DNA from: Felis catus
Taxonomy: Eukaryota
Reading direction: 5' to 3'
Assembly (NCBI RefSeq): GCF_018350175.1
Contig: NC_058368.1
Location: 231,076,001-231,140,000 of the forward strand
Length of the DNA stretch: 64,000 nt
Each line of letters starts with the position of its first letter. Within the stretch, counting starts at the first letter, position 1. Made by a program: the position numbers and the translations under genes. Shown one piece after another: positions 49,460 to 62,069 of this stretch. A model generated the notes under the pieces. That model was not told where the DNA came from and made no database searches. It saw only the letters and a program-made list of their open reading frames with translations.

Positions 49460-49783
49460 TTACCCATTCATCAATCGATGGACATCCGGGCTCTCTCCAT
49501 AATTTGGTGCTGCTATAAACACTGGGGTGCATGCGCCTCTCTGAATTAGCATTTCTGTATCCTTTGGATAAATACCTACTAGTGCAACTGCTAGGTTGTA
49601 GGGCAGTTCTATTTTTAATTTTTGGAGGAACCGCCACACTGTTTTCCAGAGTGGCTGAACCAGTTTGCATTCCCACCAACAACAGTGCAAAAGTGTTCCC
49701 CCTTATCCACATCCTTGCCAATATCTGTTTGTTTCCTGAGTTGTTAATTGTAGCCACTTCAACAGGTGTGAGGAGGTATCTCT
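48977..49783 (-). mobile_element. Carnivore L1 3' fragment (ORF2 C-terminus + 3' UTR), with internal (CA)n
   Basis: ORF 49460..49690 gives the L1 ORF2p C-terminal CWWECKLVQPLWKTVWRFL..LKIELPY motif; A tail at ~48980. Confidence 0.92.
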
Positions 49784-50449
49784 TGTCTAAACGACAGTGT
49801 TGTTAACAATGAAACAAGACAACACGTGTAAACTGGGACTCTTCCTGGCAAACCAGGATGGAGTTATATTATAAACTCACTCTCTCTGCCAGCCACCATT
49901 TGGCTTTGTTAGGACATGGAAGGTCAGACGGCTGTTATCCCCAGAACGTGTTTTCCTTGGCTGTCCTCAATCTCTCACGGAGCAGAGGTCACAGTTTCCC
50001 TCAAACAGAGGCCCTACAGTACTTCTGTAGGAACCTTACAGCCTCTCTCGGCAATGGTCAGAGTGACCCAGTGGCCCCTGGTTGCAGGTAGAGCTTAGGT
50101 GGGCCAAGTCCTCATACAGGCTTATTTTTACCTAAAACTATTTAATGTACTGTCAGACCAAAACATTAGGAAACAGACTAAAAACTATTTAGAACAGGCA
50201 TTAAAGCCTTCCTCCCTTTACTTGCTTCTCCCAGTCTTGTTCATCTCCAAAAGTGACAGCTCCCTATCCCCAGTGGAATCCTTGATAACACTGTCTTTTA
50301 CATCTTACATCCAATCTGTTAGCAAATCCTTAATTCTACCTCAAAACGTATCCAGAATCTGAGCACTCTTCTCAACTATGATTTATCACATTAGAAACAA
50401 AAATTAAGAGAGACATCTTAAAAACAGATAAACGGAAATCTAGACTTAC

Positions 50450-50585
50450 TTGTCATTTTTAATATGTTCATAAAGGCGCTTAAACTGGCGGACCTGGAAG
50501 GACAAGATCCCCATCAATACCACAACCATCAGTAAAAACGGATAAATTCGCCGATGGACCAAGTTTTGCATTTCTGCAGTAACAC
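50450..50585 (-). CDS. MARCHF6: MARCHF6 penultimate exon (~25), (G)VTAEMQNLVHRRIYPFLLMVVVLMGILSFQVRQFKRLYEHIKND(K)
   Basis: Hand translation. ttttacAG acceptor, AA|GTAAGT donor, 136 nt, phase 1 to 2. Confidence 0.96.
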
Positions 50586-50729
50586 CTGTAAAACAAAGAA
50601 AGGGCAAACTAAGTTTTTATGGAATGACCGTGAAATAAAAATATGTCCTTCCCCTGGGAGGCAGGGGTGGGAGGTGCTTAACTGAAGCTGACGCTTGCCA
50701 TGTGAAATGCTTTAAATAAAGGCCATGCT

Positions 50730-50959
50730 GGGGCGCCTGGGTGGCTCAGTCGGTTAAGCGGCCGACTTTGGCTCAGGTCATGATCTCGCGGTCCGTGAGC
50801 TCGAGCCCCACGTCAGGCTGTGCTGACCGCTCAGAGCCTGGACCCTGTTTCAGATTCTGTGTCTCCCTCTCTCTCTGACCCTCCCCCGTTCATGCTCTGT
50901 CTCTCTCTGTCTCAAAAATAAATAAACGTTAAAAAAAATTTTTAAAAATAAATAAAAAA
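50730..50959 (+). mobile_element. Young SINEC_Fc-like
   Basis: Perfect 16-bp TSD aaataaaggccatgct at 50714-50729 and 50960-50975. Confidence 0.93.
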
Positions 50960-51395
50960 AAATAAAGGCCATGCTGGAACCATCAAGAGGATGTTCACCA
51001 GACAGGAACAATGAGACTTATTCTTTTGAAAGGTCATTGTGGCCACAGTGTGGAGAGTGAATTAGTGGCGGTGGCTTCAAATTAGGGAAACCAGACAGGA
51101 GGCCACTGAGGTTAAGGTAACAGCCACAGGGAAAGGTGCCTGGTTAGAGAATGGCTTCTGGAAGCTGGGGCAGTGGGACTTGGGGACCATGTGAGTAGGA
51201 AGGTGACACAGATGACCTACAAGGTTTCTGACCCATGCAAATTCTGGATGGTAACACTAAGCACTAAGAGACGGAATTCAGTAGAAAAAAAAGATTTGGA
51301 GGGGAAACTTTGTGATTCTAATTTTGAAAATATGCTGGGTTTAAGGTCCTGTGAGGACCTGTGAGCATGTAATTGACAAGCTAATATCTAGCTGT

Positions 51396-51612
51396 GGGGC
51401 GTCTGGGTGGCTCTGTTGGTTAAGCATCCGACTCTTGATTTCAGCTGAGGTTATGACCTCACAGTTCATGGGTTCAAGCCCTGCGCTGGGCTCTGTGCTG
51501 ACAGTGCACAGCCTGCTTGGGATCCTCTCTCTCTCTCTCTCAATCTTTGCCCCTCCCTTGCTAGAGTGCATGTGCGTGCTCTCCGTCTCTCTCAAAATAA
51601 ACTTAAAAAAAT
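51396..51612 (+). mobile_element. Can-SINE (within an L2-like remnant ~50990-51390)
   Basis: SINEC structure; flanking taatatctag. Confidence 0.88.
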
Positions 51613-51969
51613 AATATCTAGTTACCAATATAACAATACTTCACTTGATTTTACAAGTATGGGATCACAGCACTTCTAGTCAGGAGAAGACAACCTGAAG
51701 GAAAGCTGTACCTATTTTGAGGACAGTGTAAATGTCAATACTTCCTCACTTGCCTAGAGAAAAAACTGTATCAAGGAAGTTTATGATTCCCCAAATCTTG
51801 CCCTAAGTAGTCAAATCGAAGAAAAAGAGTCTTGCGAAATCACTGGTTTAGCTGGATTTATATTCACAAATTAATCATCTGGAGCCAGACAGCCTACGGC
51901 ACTGGAAGTGCCAAGAAAGTAGTGATGTTAACAGGTGCCGTCTCCAGCTCCCTGGCCAGCATTACCCAC

Positions 51970-52102
51970 CTAGTAAAGGAACGACGCCAGACGCGATGAC
52001 GTAAGGTACGCACAGGGAAAGCAAGAGCACAGAGATCACTGGTGCTGCCAGTTTACGAATGATATAGTGAAGGTCGATGTTCCGGATGCCATTTGCATAA
52101 AC
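51970..52102 (-). CDS. MARCHF6: MARCHF6 coding exon (~24), VYANGIRNIDLHYIIRKLAAPVISVLLLSLCVPYVIASGVVPLL(G)
   Basis: Lies within ORF 51962..52168. tttcAG acceptor, G|GTGGG donor, 133 nt, phase 0 to 1. Confidence 0.96.
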
Positions 52103-53610
52103 CTGAAACGTGAGGGAGAAAATTAGAAAAAGGGAGACAAGACAAATTCCCCCAAGTTGACAGAGCAATCTCTACTGAATCCAAGCCACAGGGAGTTGAA
52201 TCTATTGGCGATTTTTTCCGAAGTCAAGACAAATTCTGAACACAAATGTTAAGTACGGTGCCCACAAGTCGTTACAGAAATGCATTTATTTCCTTACACT
52301 TTGAGGTTAACTCTGCAAAGGGATGAAACAATAAAACACTAGTCTAGAATCCTAACTATACTAGCCCTGCACTATACAATACTGGATACACCCAATAATA
52401 TGAGGTGAAGACCACATCATAACCCCAAACAACTACTCACATATGTGTGTAAGAATGATCTGTGTTATTAATCAAGATTACGTTCGTTTTATCTGAATAT
52501 GAAAGAAAACATTATAAGCAGGGAACATGTTTCTGATAAGCTTGTATAAATCAAATTTTAACCGAAGATATTTTACGTGAAAATTTAGTATGAAAGAATT
52601 CTATGGTGAATTTTTTTTTTTTATGTCAAGAATAAGATATTTTCATTATCTTATCCAGAAAGTTCTAATGAATAGCACTTCAGAGGAAAGGATGAATAGA
52701 AGTGGGAAAACCTTGGGAATAACAGAAAATAAAGGTGGTAAGCAGAGGGGGACAGAACTGAAGACCTCTGTTCTTGCTTTCTCCCCAGCACCCCGCCTTC
52801 TCCTGACCCGCAGTACACAGTATTGAAGCACACTTCAACCAAGGGCCACAGCGCATGGACATGCTTGACAACAGGCTCAACCCTCCAAAGGCAACCAATC
52901 CCGAATGAATCTAAACTGATGCAACAAGACATCCCAGTGTTTCTCAACCTTTTTGTTCAAACTTACACACACAGTATGAAAAAAGGACGTCTCAGAGAGC
53001 AAAATATTACAAAGATCAACAATGTTTCACAATGTCCAATTGCGACGAAACCCTCTTCTCCACATTTCTTAGCAAGGGCCAGAGTCACACCTGGAGACTC
53101 CAAAGTGGATGCAAACACACGGCCACTTCCTGGCGCTCCTACCCCCACAAATCTCCGGGGCCAGGATTTTTCTGACAATTTTCTTGTGCATACTGAGCTG
53201 GGAACTACTGTCTTTATCTCCTATACATCTGTTTCCTGCAACAGAACGCCGAATCTATTTGACGCTGACCTAAGGATAAGAGGATTGTCCACAAGTACGT
53301 TTTCTAGTCAACTAAAATTTAAAGAAATAAGTACCAAAATCTGTTATGTTGGCTATTTTAGATAGAAATCTTCCTAAAGCGAATTCTCATACTTCCCAGC
53401 CTTATTACCAGAGTACAGAGGCACAATGTATTTTTTTCAAGGTTATCACCATAATGATCAAGTTATCGGACAGTTCCATAATACGATAATAATAACCTAC
53501 ATGCTATGTAGTAAAATATTCCCTAACAGCTCTGCTTTTTTTTTTATTAAGATTGTTTTTATTTTGTATTTTAATTATTTTTTAAGGCTTTGGGATATGT
53601 TTTTTAAGTC

Positions 53611-53838
53611 TTTTTTTTTTTTTAAGTTTATTTATATTGGGGGGGGGAGAGAGAGTGAGCCCAACAGTGCACAGGGGCATGTGCAAGCGGGGGAAGGGCA
53701 GGAAGAAACGGAGAGACAGAGAATCCCAAGCAGGCTCTGAGCTGTCAGCAGAGCCCCATGTAAGGCTCAACCCCACGAACTGTGAGGTCATGACCTGAGC
53801 TGAAAGATGCTTCATCAACTGAGTCACCCAGGCGCCCC
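53611..53838 (-). mobile_element. Can-SINE
   Basis: SINEC structure. Confidence 0.88.
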
Positions 53839-54106
53839 AACGTTTTTAATTCCAGTTAGTTAACATATAGTGTTATATTAGTTTCAAGTATACAGTATCA
53901 GCTTTACTTTTTAAATTATTTTTTCCCCTGCCCTTGATTTACTGTCTTGAACAGTAACCTCTTTATTCGACTACAGATTTAGAAAACTGAGTACCAAGCG
54001 TACATCAGAACTTCCCTGAAACAAACCACATGTACTAATTTTTGCCTTTACTTCGGAGCTTTAGGTACTGTAAGCCACTGGTTACACTTCAGATAAGGGA
54101 AATCTT

Positions 54107-54320
54107 GGGATGCTGGGTGGCTCAGTTGGTTAAGTGTCCAACTCTTGATTTTGGCTCAGGTCATGATCTCAGTTTGTGAGACCGAGTTCTGCATGGGGCT
54201 GACAGCACAGAGCCTGCTTGAGACTCTCTCTCTCTCCTCTCTCTGCCCTTCCCACGCACTGGCGTGTATGTGCTCTATCTCTCTCCTTCAAAATAAATAC
54301 AAAAACATTTTTTAAAAAAA
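54107..54320 (+). mobile_element. Can-SINE (older)
   Basis: SINEC structure. Confidence 0.85.
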
Positions 54321-54517
54321 GGAGAAAGTCTTAAGAATGGTTGATGAAAATTCATGGTGATAAAACAGCAAACTGTCTTCTTAGAAAAAAAAAAGTTACA
54401 TATATTTATTAGAGAAAATGCAGAAAACTCAAAGGTGGAAAATGAAACTTAAGCACCCCAGCAGCCAAGCACCACCCCTGCCCCACCTAGTCTCTCCTGA
54501 AAGCGAACTCTGCTCAC

Positions 54518-54607
54518 CTGCTCAATTACTGTCTTTAACCACCACTGAGGGCCCATCAGGGTTATAGCTGCGATGATTTTGGCATGAAGGACTCCAAGTG
54601 CCCAGTC
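54518..54607 (-). CDS. MARCHF6: MARCHF6 coding exon (~23), DWALGVLHAKIIAAITLMGPQWWLKTVIEQ
   Basis: Hand translation. ttcctAG acceptor, CAG|GTGAG donor, 90 nt, phase 0-0. Confidence 0.96.
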
Positions 54608-56660
54608 CTAGGAAATAAAAACCATTTAAAAGGTGTTTGTTTTCAGCAATAAACCCAGCAGACAGGCTATACATTTTCTTGAATATTTCATTTCAAAACA
54701 GAAGTCCTACAGGATTAGTAACAATTTTACAGAAGATGAACATACACTAGAAAAATCCAGGGAAATTTCCCCCTAAGAGCTCAAGTTCAGTCTTTCTAAT
54801 GAAACTCATTCTATTATCTTTTAGAAACCTACATTATTTCCCCAGGAGAATGAGGAAACGTGTCAACACTAACGGGGATCTCAAAAGCAAGTGAAACAGT
54901 GCCATGATTTTACTTCATCAACCGTCTTAAGCTGCTGTGTTGCCTTCAGCTGAGCTAACACTACATCAAAACAAGCCTGTGGAGCCATGTTTGGCCTGAA
55001 GAAACCACCCCGAAGGCTCAGAGAGTTTCCAGCTCTAGTACTGCTGAACTGTTATTAGAGCCTCTACCGCCCATGCCAGCTCTCCACCAGGCCGCCAGAA
55101 ATATCACCACCCCCATCACAAGTCAGATCACATAAGGACAGTCTCCTGCTTACAACTCGGAAGTCCTCCTGAGCATGGCACACAAAGTCCTTCATAACCC
55201 GGTCTCTGGGTTTGTTTTTTTAATGTGTTTTTTAAAAAGTAACACATTAACATTTAGATGTACTCTTACATAAAATCAAAACCTTTGCAGAGAAGGCTGG
55301 AGTCCTCTGTGACTACCAGCCCAAAACCCGATCGCTCCCCAGCAATGACCACTGTTAACGTACCCTCCACGTTTTTTCCCCTGTGCGTTTACTTGTATCT
55401 ATATGTCTACATCCCATAGAAATGATGCAGCATCATTTTTATATGAACTTTGCTCATACTGTTTGTCAGCCCTCTTCACTGTCTACCATCTTCAGGCTGA
55501 TGTGATTTACTGCTCTGCTTGGTTTGTATTCTGAGCACCTTCTTCAAATGAGGTGAAAGGCTGATGTATGCACTGAATTCTTGCTATCCCAAATATGGCT
55601 CTTCACCCTGACAGACAAATGGCTGAATGACATTCTGCCTCGGTACAGGAGGCCTGGTTTTTGTACCTTTTATTGCAATTGTCTATAAATGCTCTTCTGC
55701 CGTATGGTTTTGTGTGTTACAGAGAAAAGTCCATTACCAATATGATTTTCTGTTTCGAGGTTTATGATTTCTCTTTACCTTTAGGACTCAGAACTATCTT
55801 ACCAAGATATGCCCCAAATTTTTCTCATCAATGTCCATTTCACCAAACCTGATGAGCTCTTTTAACCTACAGAATCAGAACTTTCTTCAATTCAGTTAAA
55901 TTTTTCTATTTCATTATACACCGCTCATTTCTGCACTCTGGAGCCCTTATTAGGGGATGTTAGTTTCCCTGGATGTACTCTCCAAGGCCCTTACCTTTAC
56001 CCTCAACTTCCTACTTGTTCAGTTTAGCTCTGTGCTCTGCAGTGGTCTTCCAGAAACACAGTGTGAACCTCAATGGTGACGACCCACGTCTTCAATTCAC
56101 CTGGTGAATGTCTGAGATCCGTGCTATGTAGCACCACAGTTTCACTTTGTTTTACTGCCACTGTGTGTGCGTCTACACACATCCTGCCCTTGATCACCTG
56201 TGTTTTTATTCTTCTATTTGGATGCTCAGGGTTTGGCAGGCATGTCATTGGGCACGTGTTCTCATCGCTCTGCCAGACCTTTCTTTCTGTGGTTGCTGTG
56301 CACCCCCTTAGATCAAGCATTTGTTATTTTTCTCTGCAGGTTCAATGAGGCTCAGGTCAGACTAAGAAGATCCTAAAGGTTACAAAAGGACGTTTTAGCC
56401 TTTTAGACGTTCGGATAGCAAGCCCCTAGTCCCCTACTCAGAACATGGTGAAGACTCCTTGCTTCATTCCTGTGCTGTCCCAGGCCCCCAGGCAGGGGAG
56501 ATTTGACTTGCAAATTCAGCTTTCTCTTGGCCTTTGGAGTCTAGAAGACACCCAGGTGAAGTTCATTTTCACCTGAGGAGGTCCACAGATTGCTGAGGTT
56601 CAAGCTCTTTCAAGAGCCACTGATATCCAGTCTTTTCCCCCAGGACAGGACAGGACGGAC

Positions 56661-56662
<2 letters not shown>

Positions 56663-56702
<40 letters not shown>
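56663..56702. repeat. (AC)n microsatellite
   Basis: Read directly. Confidence 0.95.
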
Positions 56703-56705
<3 letters not shown>

Positions 56706-57199
56706 CCTCTGCCAGAACTCCAAGGACCCAGTCTCCCATAAATTCTGCAGCCACTTAACACGGGAAAGGCAAGCAGCTTAGAGTCAGCTACGGAGAAAAA
56801 GCAAGCTGTTCTTATCCAGAATTTTAAGGACACCATGCTACGCATAGCCATCTACAACTTGTATTTTTCTCCTACTTACAAACATGACTGACAACTCGCT
56901 CTAACAAAACATACAACTCTACTTCCTTCTTTTTAACGGCTACATCAAGTGCCAAAGCAAAAATATATCACATTTTCTTTAGGCATTCTCTGCTGATGGA
57001 CATGCAGGCTGCTTACGATGTTGGCATTAGAAACAATGACATGGTGGAGACAGCCCGGTCTGTGCCTCCCGCGCATGTCAATGTTCCCTTGCCGCGGATT
57101 CCGAAAAGTGAAACCACTGGGTCATAATACGTCAATATTCCCCAAACCCGAGCGTTTCCAGTCATTCTGCAGAAGGACGATGCTGGGTGCCGTCACCAC

Positions 57200-57760
57200 A
57201 GGGACACACGTGTAACCACGTAAGCTGCATTTACTGCTCGCTGCCGTGAGGAAGGAAGAGCACACTGTCTGGGGAGCGTGGGGTGCTCGGTGAGAGTGCT
57301 GGAAGAGCTGACTGTAGGATTTCAGTTTGTGTGAAGTGATACGGGGGAAGGAAGGGCACAGGGCTTTGCTCCGTGTCGGATGCTCTTAGAAAGCAGAGGT
57401 GATCTATCCTGGGTATCTTAATATATCTTGCCCAGAAGCAGGGACCAACTGAGGCTAAAACTGTAGTTAGTAATGCAGCAGCGGCTAATGACGTTAGCTG
57501 GGAACGGGGGATGTTTTCTCATTTTTGTGGTTTGGACAATGCTCACGCTTTGCCCGTGTTCAGACATGGTTTTGAAAGGGTCTTGTTTTTGTCTTGACCC
57601 GTCACGGTCACTAAGGGGTCTTGTGTGATGCTGATGTTCTGTGAAACTGTTTCTGCCGGGAGGAGAACAGCGAGGCCCAGCCGATGCCAGGCCAGCACCT
57701 GAATGTCAGGGGCAATCTGCTCTGTTTCAGTGCTGCCCACTGAAATCGTACCCGTTTGTG
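57200..57760. mobile_element. Probable old LTR element (family uncertain)
   Basis: Resembles ERV LTR consensus text (ggtcttgtttttgtcttga...gatgttctgtgaaa); recalled from memory only. Confidence 0.35.
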
Positions 57761-57894
57761 GCATCTGCAGTGATCATTGCGTTAAGGCAGCATCTGACTG
57801 ACCCTTCCACAGTAAAGCTGTGTATTTTCCTTTGGGATATCAAGTAATGTGCAAGATGACACTTGGCCACCATTTAAATAACTACTTCCGCATC

Positions 57895-58418
57895 GTAGTG
57901 GTGTTGAAACATGCCTGCAAATTCTTCTTCCTAGGTGCTAGGGGTCTACACCGCCTTCCCTTGAACCAGGGCCCACCTCTGCGTCTTGCCTGGATCCACT
58001 ACAACGGAGTGAAAATCAATACCGTGGGAATTCCGAGATGAGCAGCTCCTACCCTGTCTCTTGGGACACTTGTTTCTCTCAAGTACAAAGTAACAGGCCC
58101 CACTTCCTGGAGGCTACCCGGCTGTGAGGAAGCCCAGGTACATCCAGGAGCTCCAGCCGACAGCCCAGTTGGGGTAAAACCAACAACCGGCACCAACCCC
58201 CACATGTGAGTGATGACCCTTCCAAAGGGTTCCGGCTGCTGCTGTCAAATCACACTCAGCTACTGTCTTCCCAGCCGAGGCCCCACAAAACATGGAGCGG
58301 AGACCAGCCGATGTGCCGTCTTAATTTCTGACCCACAGACTGTGTAGACAAAATAAATGGCTGTTTTAAGCCACACCGTTGTGACATAACTTGCTATGTA
58401 GCGGTAGTAACTGAAGAC
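57895..58418 (+). mobile_element. MLT1-type LTR (older subfamily)
   Basis: atgtgagtga...ccagccgaggcccca...tctgacccacaga...aataaatggctgttttaagccac 3' motif. Confidence 0.7.
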
Positions 58419-59729
58419 CCATCAACTTTCACCTGACGGGTTCAGCATCCACTAACAGTCTTTGCTGAAATCACCTGTTTTGTGAACTATTGCAAAACAG
58501 TGATTTTTCTAATTGTTACTTCCTCTACCTTTATTAGCTGGTATTACTCCATAAAAAAAATAGCTTTCCTTCAGTCACTGATGCCATTTGACCACCCTGC
58601 AGTACAGACCTTACAGAAAGACGTCACATGTGCTTAACTTTCCCTTTGTTTCCCACTTCTCCAAGTCTAATCTAGAGCACACAGGATTATAGACAGCTCC
58701 ACACATATGCTCTGTTTCACCACGTGGTCTGCCCAAACCCTCTTTCCTTGAATACACTTCTTCCTTTCTTGGCCACTCCTTTGTACTCTCTTCTAGGTTG
58801 TCCTAGACCTTGTCTCGTACAGAAAATCATACGTAACTCCTAAAGCCAGGATAAATACCTCCTACATGAGGCCACAGCAGCCTGTACTGCCCCAATCACA
58901 GTGCGGCCCACCTGGCACCTGTCTCGCCGATCGGCCCATAAGGTCCACAAGAAGTTCCTGCGTTGGACTCATTTCCATCTGAGTTATATAATACAGGGTT
59001 TTAGCAAACATTAGAGCATGAAAGTAAGTTATCTGCTGCTAAGTAAAGTTTGTGGAGTCTCTCCATCTGGAAAGTAGAGGAAGGGAAATACATCCTGCAT
59101 GACTTTCATTTCCAGTAAATCTACTCTCATACACTAAGAGGAAATAGAAACAAGGCTGAAAAGCCTATGAATGACTGAATCAATGCCTAGCTCTTCCCTT
59201 ATGATCTCTTAAGAACTTGAAGTCTAGGATGCTAATTTCAGGCTCTAAATACTATAGAAAAGTAGTATTTTTCTTCCCCGATAGTTTTAAGACCTTTGCT
59301 GTGATCTACATAGGTTCCCTCAGAATGCTCTTTTTAATAAACCTGTGACTTTGTGAGAAAACATGCTGTGAGTATTCAAAAATGTAAGTTACTGCTTAAA
59401 GCCTCAAACCTAGAAGAAGCAAGGTATCTCATCTTAGCCAATAAGTGAAAAAACCAACACGTGTTAGTCTGTACCTTTAAAGATCAGGTGAAGCCTAAAT
59501 AGTGACATTTTAAGCTATAAAGACCTTTTAAAGGAGTTAAATGGCCTGTATATTTTGAAAGCAATTAATTAAAATGTACTATTTAATCAATTTTATAAGG
59601 TTCCCAGAATAGAAAAAATTAGTCTTTCTAAACAAACTACTTAAAATCACTTTAAAAAAAAAAAAAATCACAAATTTTTCTGATTCCAAATCCATAAAGA
59701 AATACCATGAGCAGAAGTCATGCACTTAC

Positions 59730-59864
59730 CTGCCATGGGTAAAAAAGAGGAGTCTGATCCAAGGGAACCCGCAGGGGAGCGACAATAACCAGCTCAAACA
59801 GGAGCCCCAGCAGGAGCGGGACAACCCCGGCCAGCAGCACAGCGACTATCAAAGTCTTCATGAT
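59730..59864 (-). CDS. MARCHF6: MARCHF6 coding exon (~22), IMKTLIVAVLLAGVVPLLLGLLFELVIVAPLRVPLDQTPLFYPWQ
   Basis: Hand translation. ggcAG acceptor, CAG|GTAAGT donor, 135 nt, phase 0-0. Confidence 0.96.
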
Positions 59865-61531
59865 CTGCCAGCAAATGAGGCCATGTCACTAGAGAGTCTT
59901 TCTGGCTTTTAGCTAAACTCTATTCCACTTGGAACTTTATTTTTCTTCTTTAACCTGATGCCTAACAGAACAAGTACATTACCTAAACACCTCACATACA
60001 TATTATATCATTAAATGAATATGTATATCAAGCTCAAGCTAAAATAAAAGCATGAAATTATTATGCATTTTTGCTTATAAATTACAGAAGTCATTATTAC
60101 ATATATTAACCAGGTGGCTGTGCTGTTTTTCTCAAACTCATTCTCAGAAGTAGGCTTTCATTTGTCCAAGAAAGGCTACTGATTATCCCAGGCTCCTAAT
60201 CCAATGAAGCCAACTCACAGGCTGACCTGTAACCCCGGAGGTGGACGGGTACAGGAGAAGGGCTCTGTAGAAACCCCAGTGAAGGTAATTAAACCCGTTG
60301 ATCAAACTGGCTCCCTCTAGAATCCTCTGTGGCCCAACAGAACTATGATAACCAAAATGTCCTCTATCTGTGTTGCCAATACAGTAGCCATTAGCTACAT
60401 GGCTACTCTGTTAGCACAGCTCTAGAATTTGGACAAAGCAACAAAAAAATGAAAATAAAGTCAACACAGAGAAAACAATAGAGACTATGAAAGCACCACT
60501 ACAGAATCCTGACAAAGAAATGAGTGCTTAAAGTGGCCCTGATGTCTGATGACCTCCCTTTCTCTTAACGTAGCCTCGGTGAGTTCATTTGTTTCAACAA
60601 GAGACTAACATGACGTGGGTCATATAAAATGCAGTACTTGCTTTTTTAACTGGCATATCGATAATAGAAAACAGAAATAGAAAATTACCAAATGAAAACT
60701 GGTTATTAGCTGGTTTCCGTATTTTAAATATATTTAAGTGTCTCATTATCTTGTGAAATTAAACAGCAATTAAGCCCCTCCATTCATAATATATAATAAA
60801 TCTCAAGTTTTTCTTTCAACACTAATATTAACCTTTTAGTGAACTTAAAATCTAGATTCAGATACAAAACTAGGATTATACAAATGAAGAGGCATAAGCA
60901 GTGACCTAAACCTATTTAGCAAGCATAGCCAACATCACAATCAATCAATAAATCATCACACATGGACGGTCATCTTACACTGACATTTTCCCCCACCTCT
61001 GTGCAATTAGGTACTTACTGAGTAATAATTTCCATTACTTACTACACTTTCACATTAGCCAAGACATTCTTGAATCAGCAATAGAAATGTGTAATTAAAG
61101 GAATACCATTTATATGAAAAACACAAACTTAATCCTGAAGTCAAGATTTTTACATATTCAAATAGATCAAAAAATCAAATTTTAGAAAAAATATCTTAAA
61201 ATGTCTACTTAGACTGATTTTAAATTCTAAAGAGTATCTTATACCTTAACATTTCCAAAATAACTTCTAATTACATTAACTTACTTAAGGGCCCTACTGG
61301 ATCATGTAATAATATGATTTTCTTTTGACCCTTGAATTCATCCAACTGTGGTTCTCAGAATGAATCAGAAAGCTAATGTCTTAAAGGAATATCCCTTCTA
61401 ATTAAAAATAAATCAACTCTCGACACCATATGCATAATGAAAAAACAAAAGTGAAAATATTTAAATAAATGACTAAAAATGTATCCACTACTCCTATCAT
61501 ACACCATCAGTTCTGTAGGAGAAAAACCTAC

Positions 61532-61713
61532 CATGAGGGACCACTCTTTAACCTTCTGGAAGATCACTCTGCGTCCCTGTGGCATCCAGGCCACCAGCAC
61601 CGTCACTGCCCTTATGGTTAGCCAGCAAACATAGAGACCACAAGCAGCTGTGTAGAGCTCATGAATTTTGGCAGTCCCCGTCCAAAATGACATTAACCAA
61701 CGGCCAGCAAATA
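61532..61713 (-). CDS. MARCHF6: MARCHF6 coding exon (6th from last, ~exon 21), (V)FAGRWLMSFWTGTAKIHELYTAACGLYVCWLTIRAVTVLVAWMPQGRRVIFQKVKEWSLM
   Basis: Translation recognised as MARCHF6/TEB4. Acceptor ttttcAG at 61715-61714, donor ATG|GTAGG. 182 nt, phase 1 to 0. I found no further upstream exon in the window. Confidence 0.96.
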
Positions 61714-61842
61714 CTGAAAACAGAAAGGCTGATAAATGAGATATGTGGCTATCTATGTAAAGAGAACTATAATCTTGATGTCCTTCTGTTAGTATTTTCA
61801 ATTATTTCAATCATTTTAAGTGATAAGTAAAAAGACATCACA

Positions 61843-62069
61843 TTTTTTTTTAAATTTTTTTTTTTCCAACATTTATTTATTTTTTGGACAGAGAGAGACA
61901 GAGCATGAACGGGGGAGGGGCAGAGAGAGAGGGAGACACAGAATCGGAAACAGGCTCCAGGCTCCGAGCCATCAGCCCAGAGCCCGACGCGGGGCTCGAA
62001 CTCACTGACCGCGAGATGGTGACCTGGCTGAAGTCGGACGCTTAACCGACTGCGCCACCCAGGCGCCCC
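61843..62069 (-). mobile_element. Young SINEC_Fc-like
   Basis: TSD aagacatcacatttt at 61832 and 62070; lies 130 bp from a MARCHF6 acceptor. Confidence 0.93.

Noticed and set aside
49374..49757. Active L1 or domesticated ORF
   Set aside because: Short 3' fragment with frameshifts and an inserted microsatellite.
61373..61801. 142-aa ORF as a stand-alone gene
   Set aside because: Only 61532-61713 is coding (a MARCHF6 exon); the flanks are intronic read-through.
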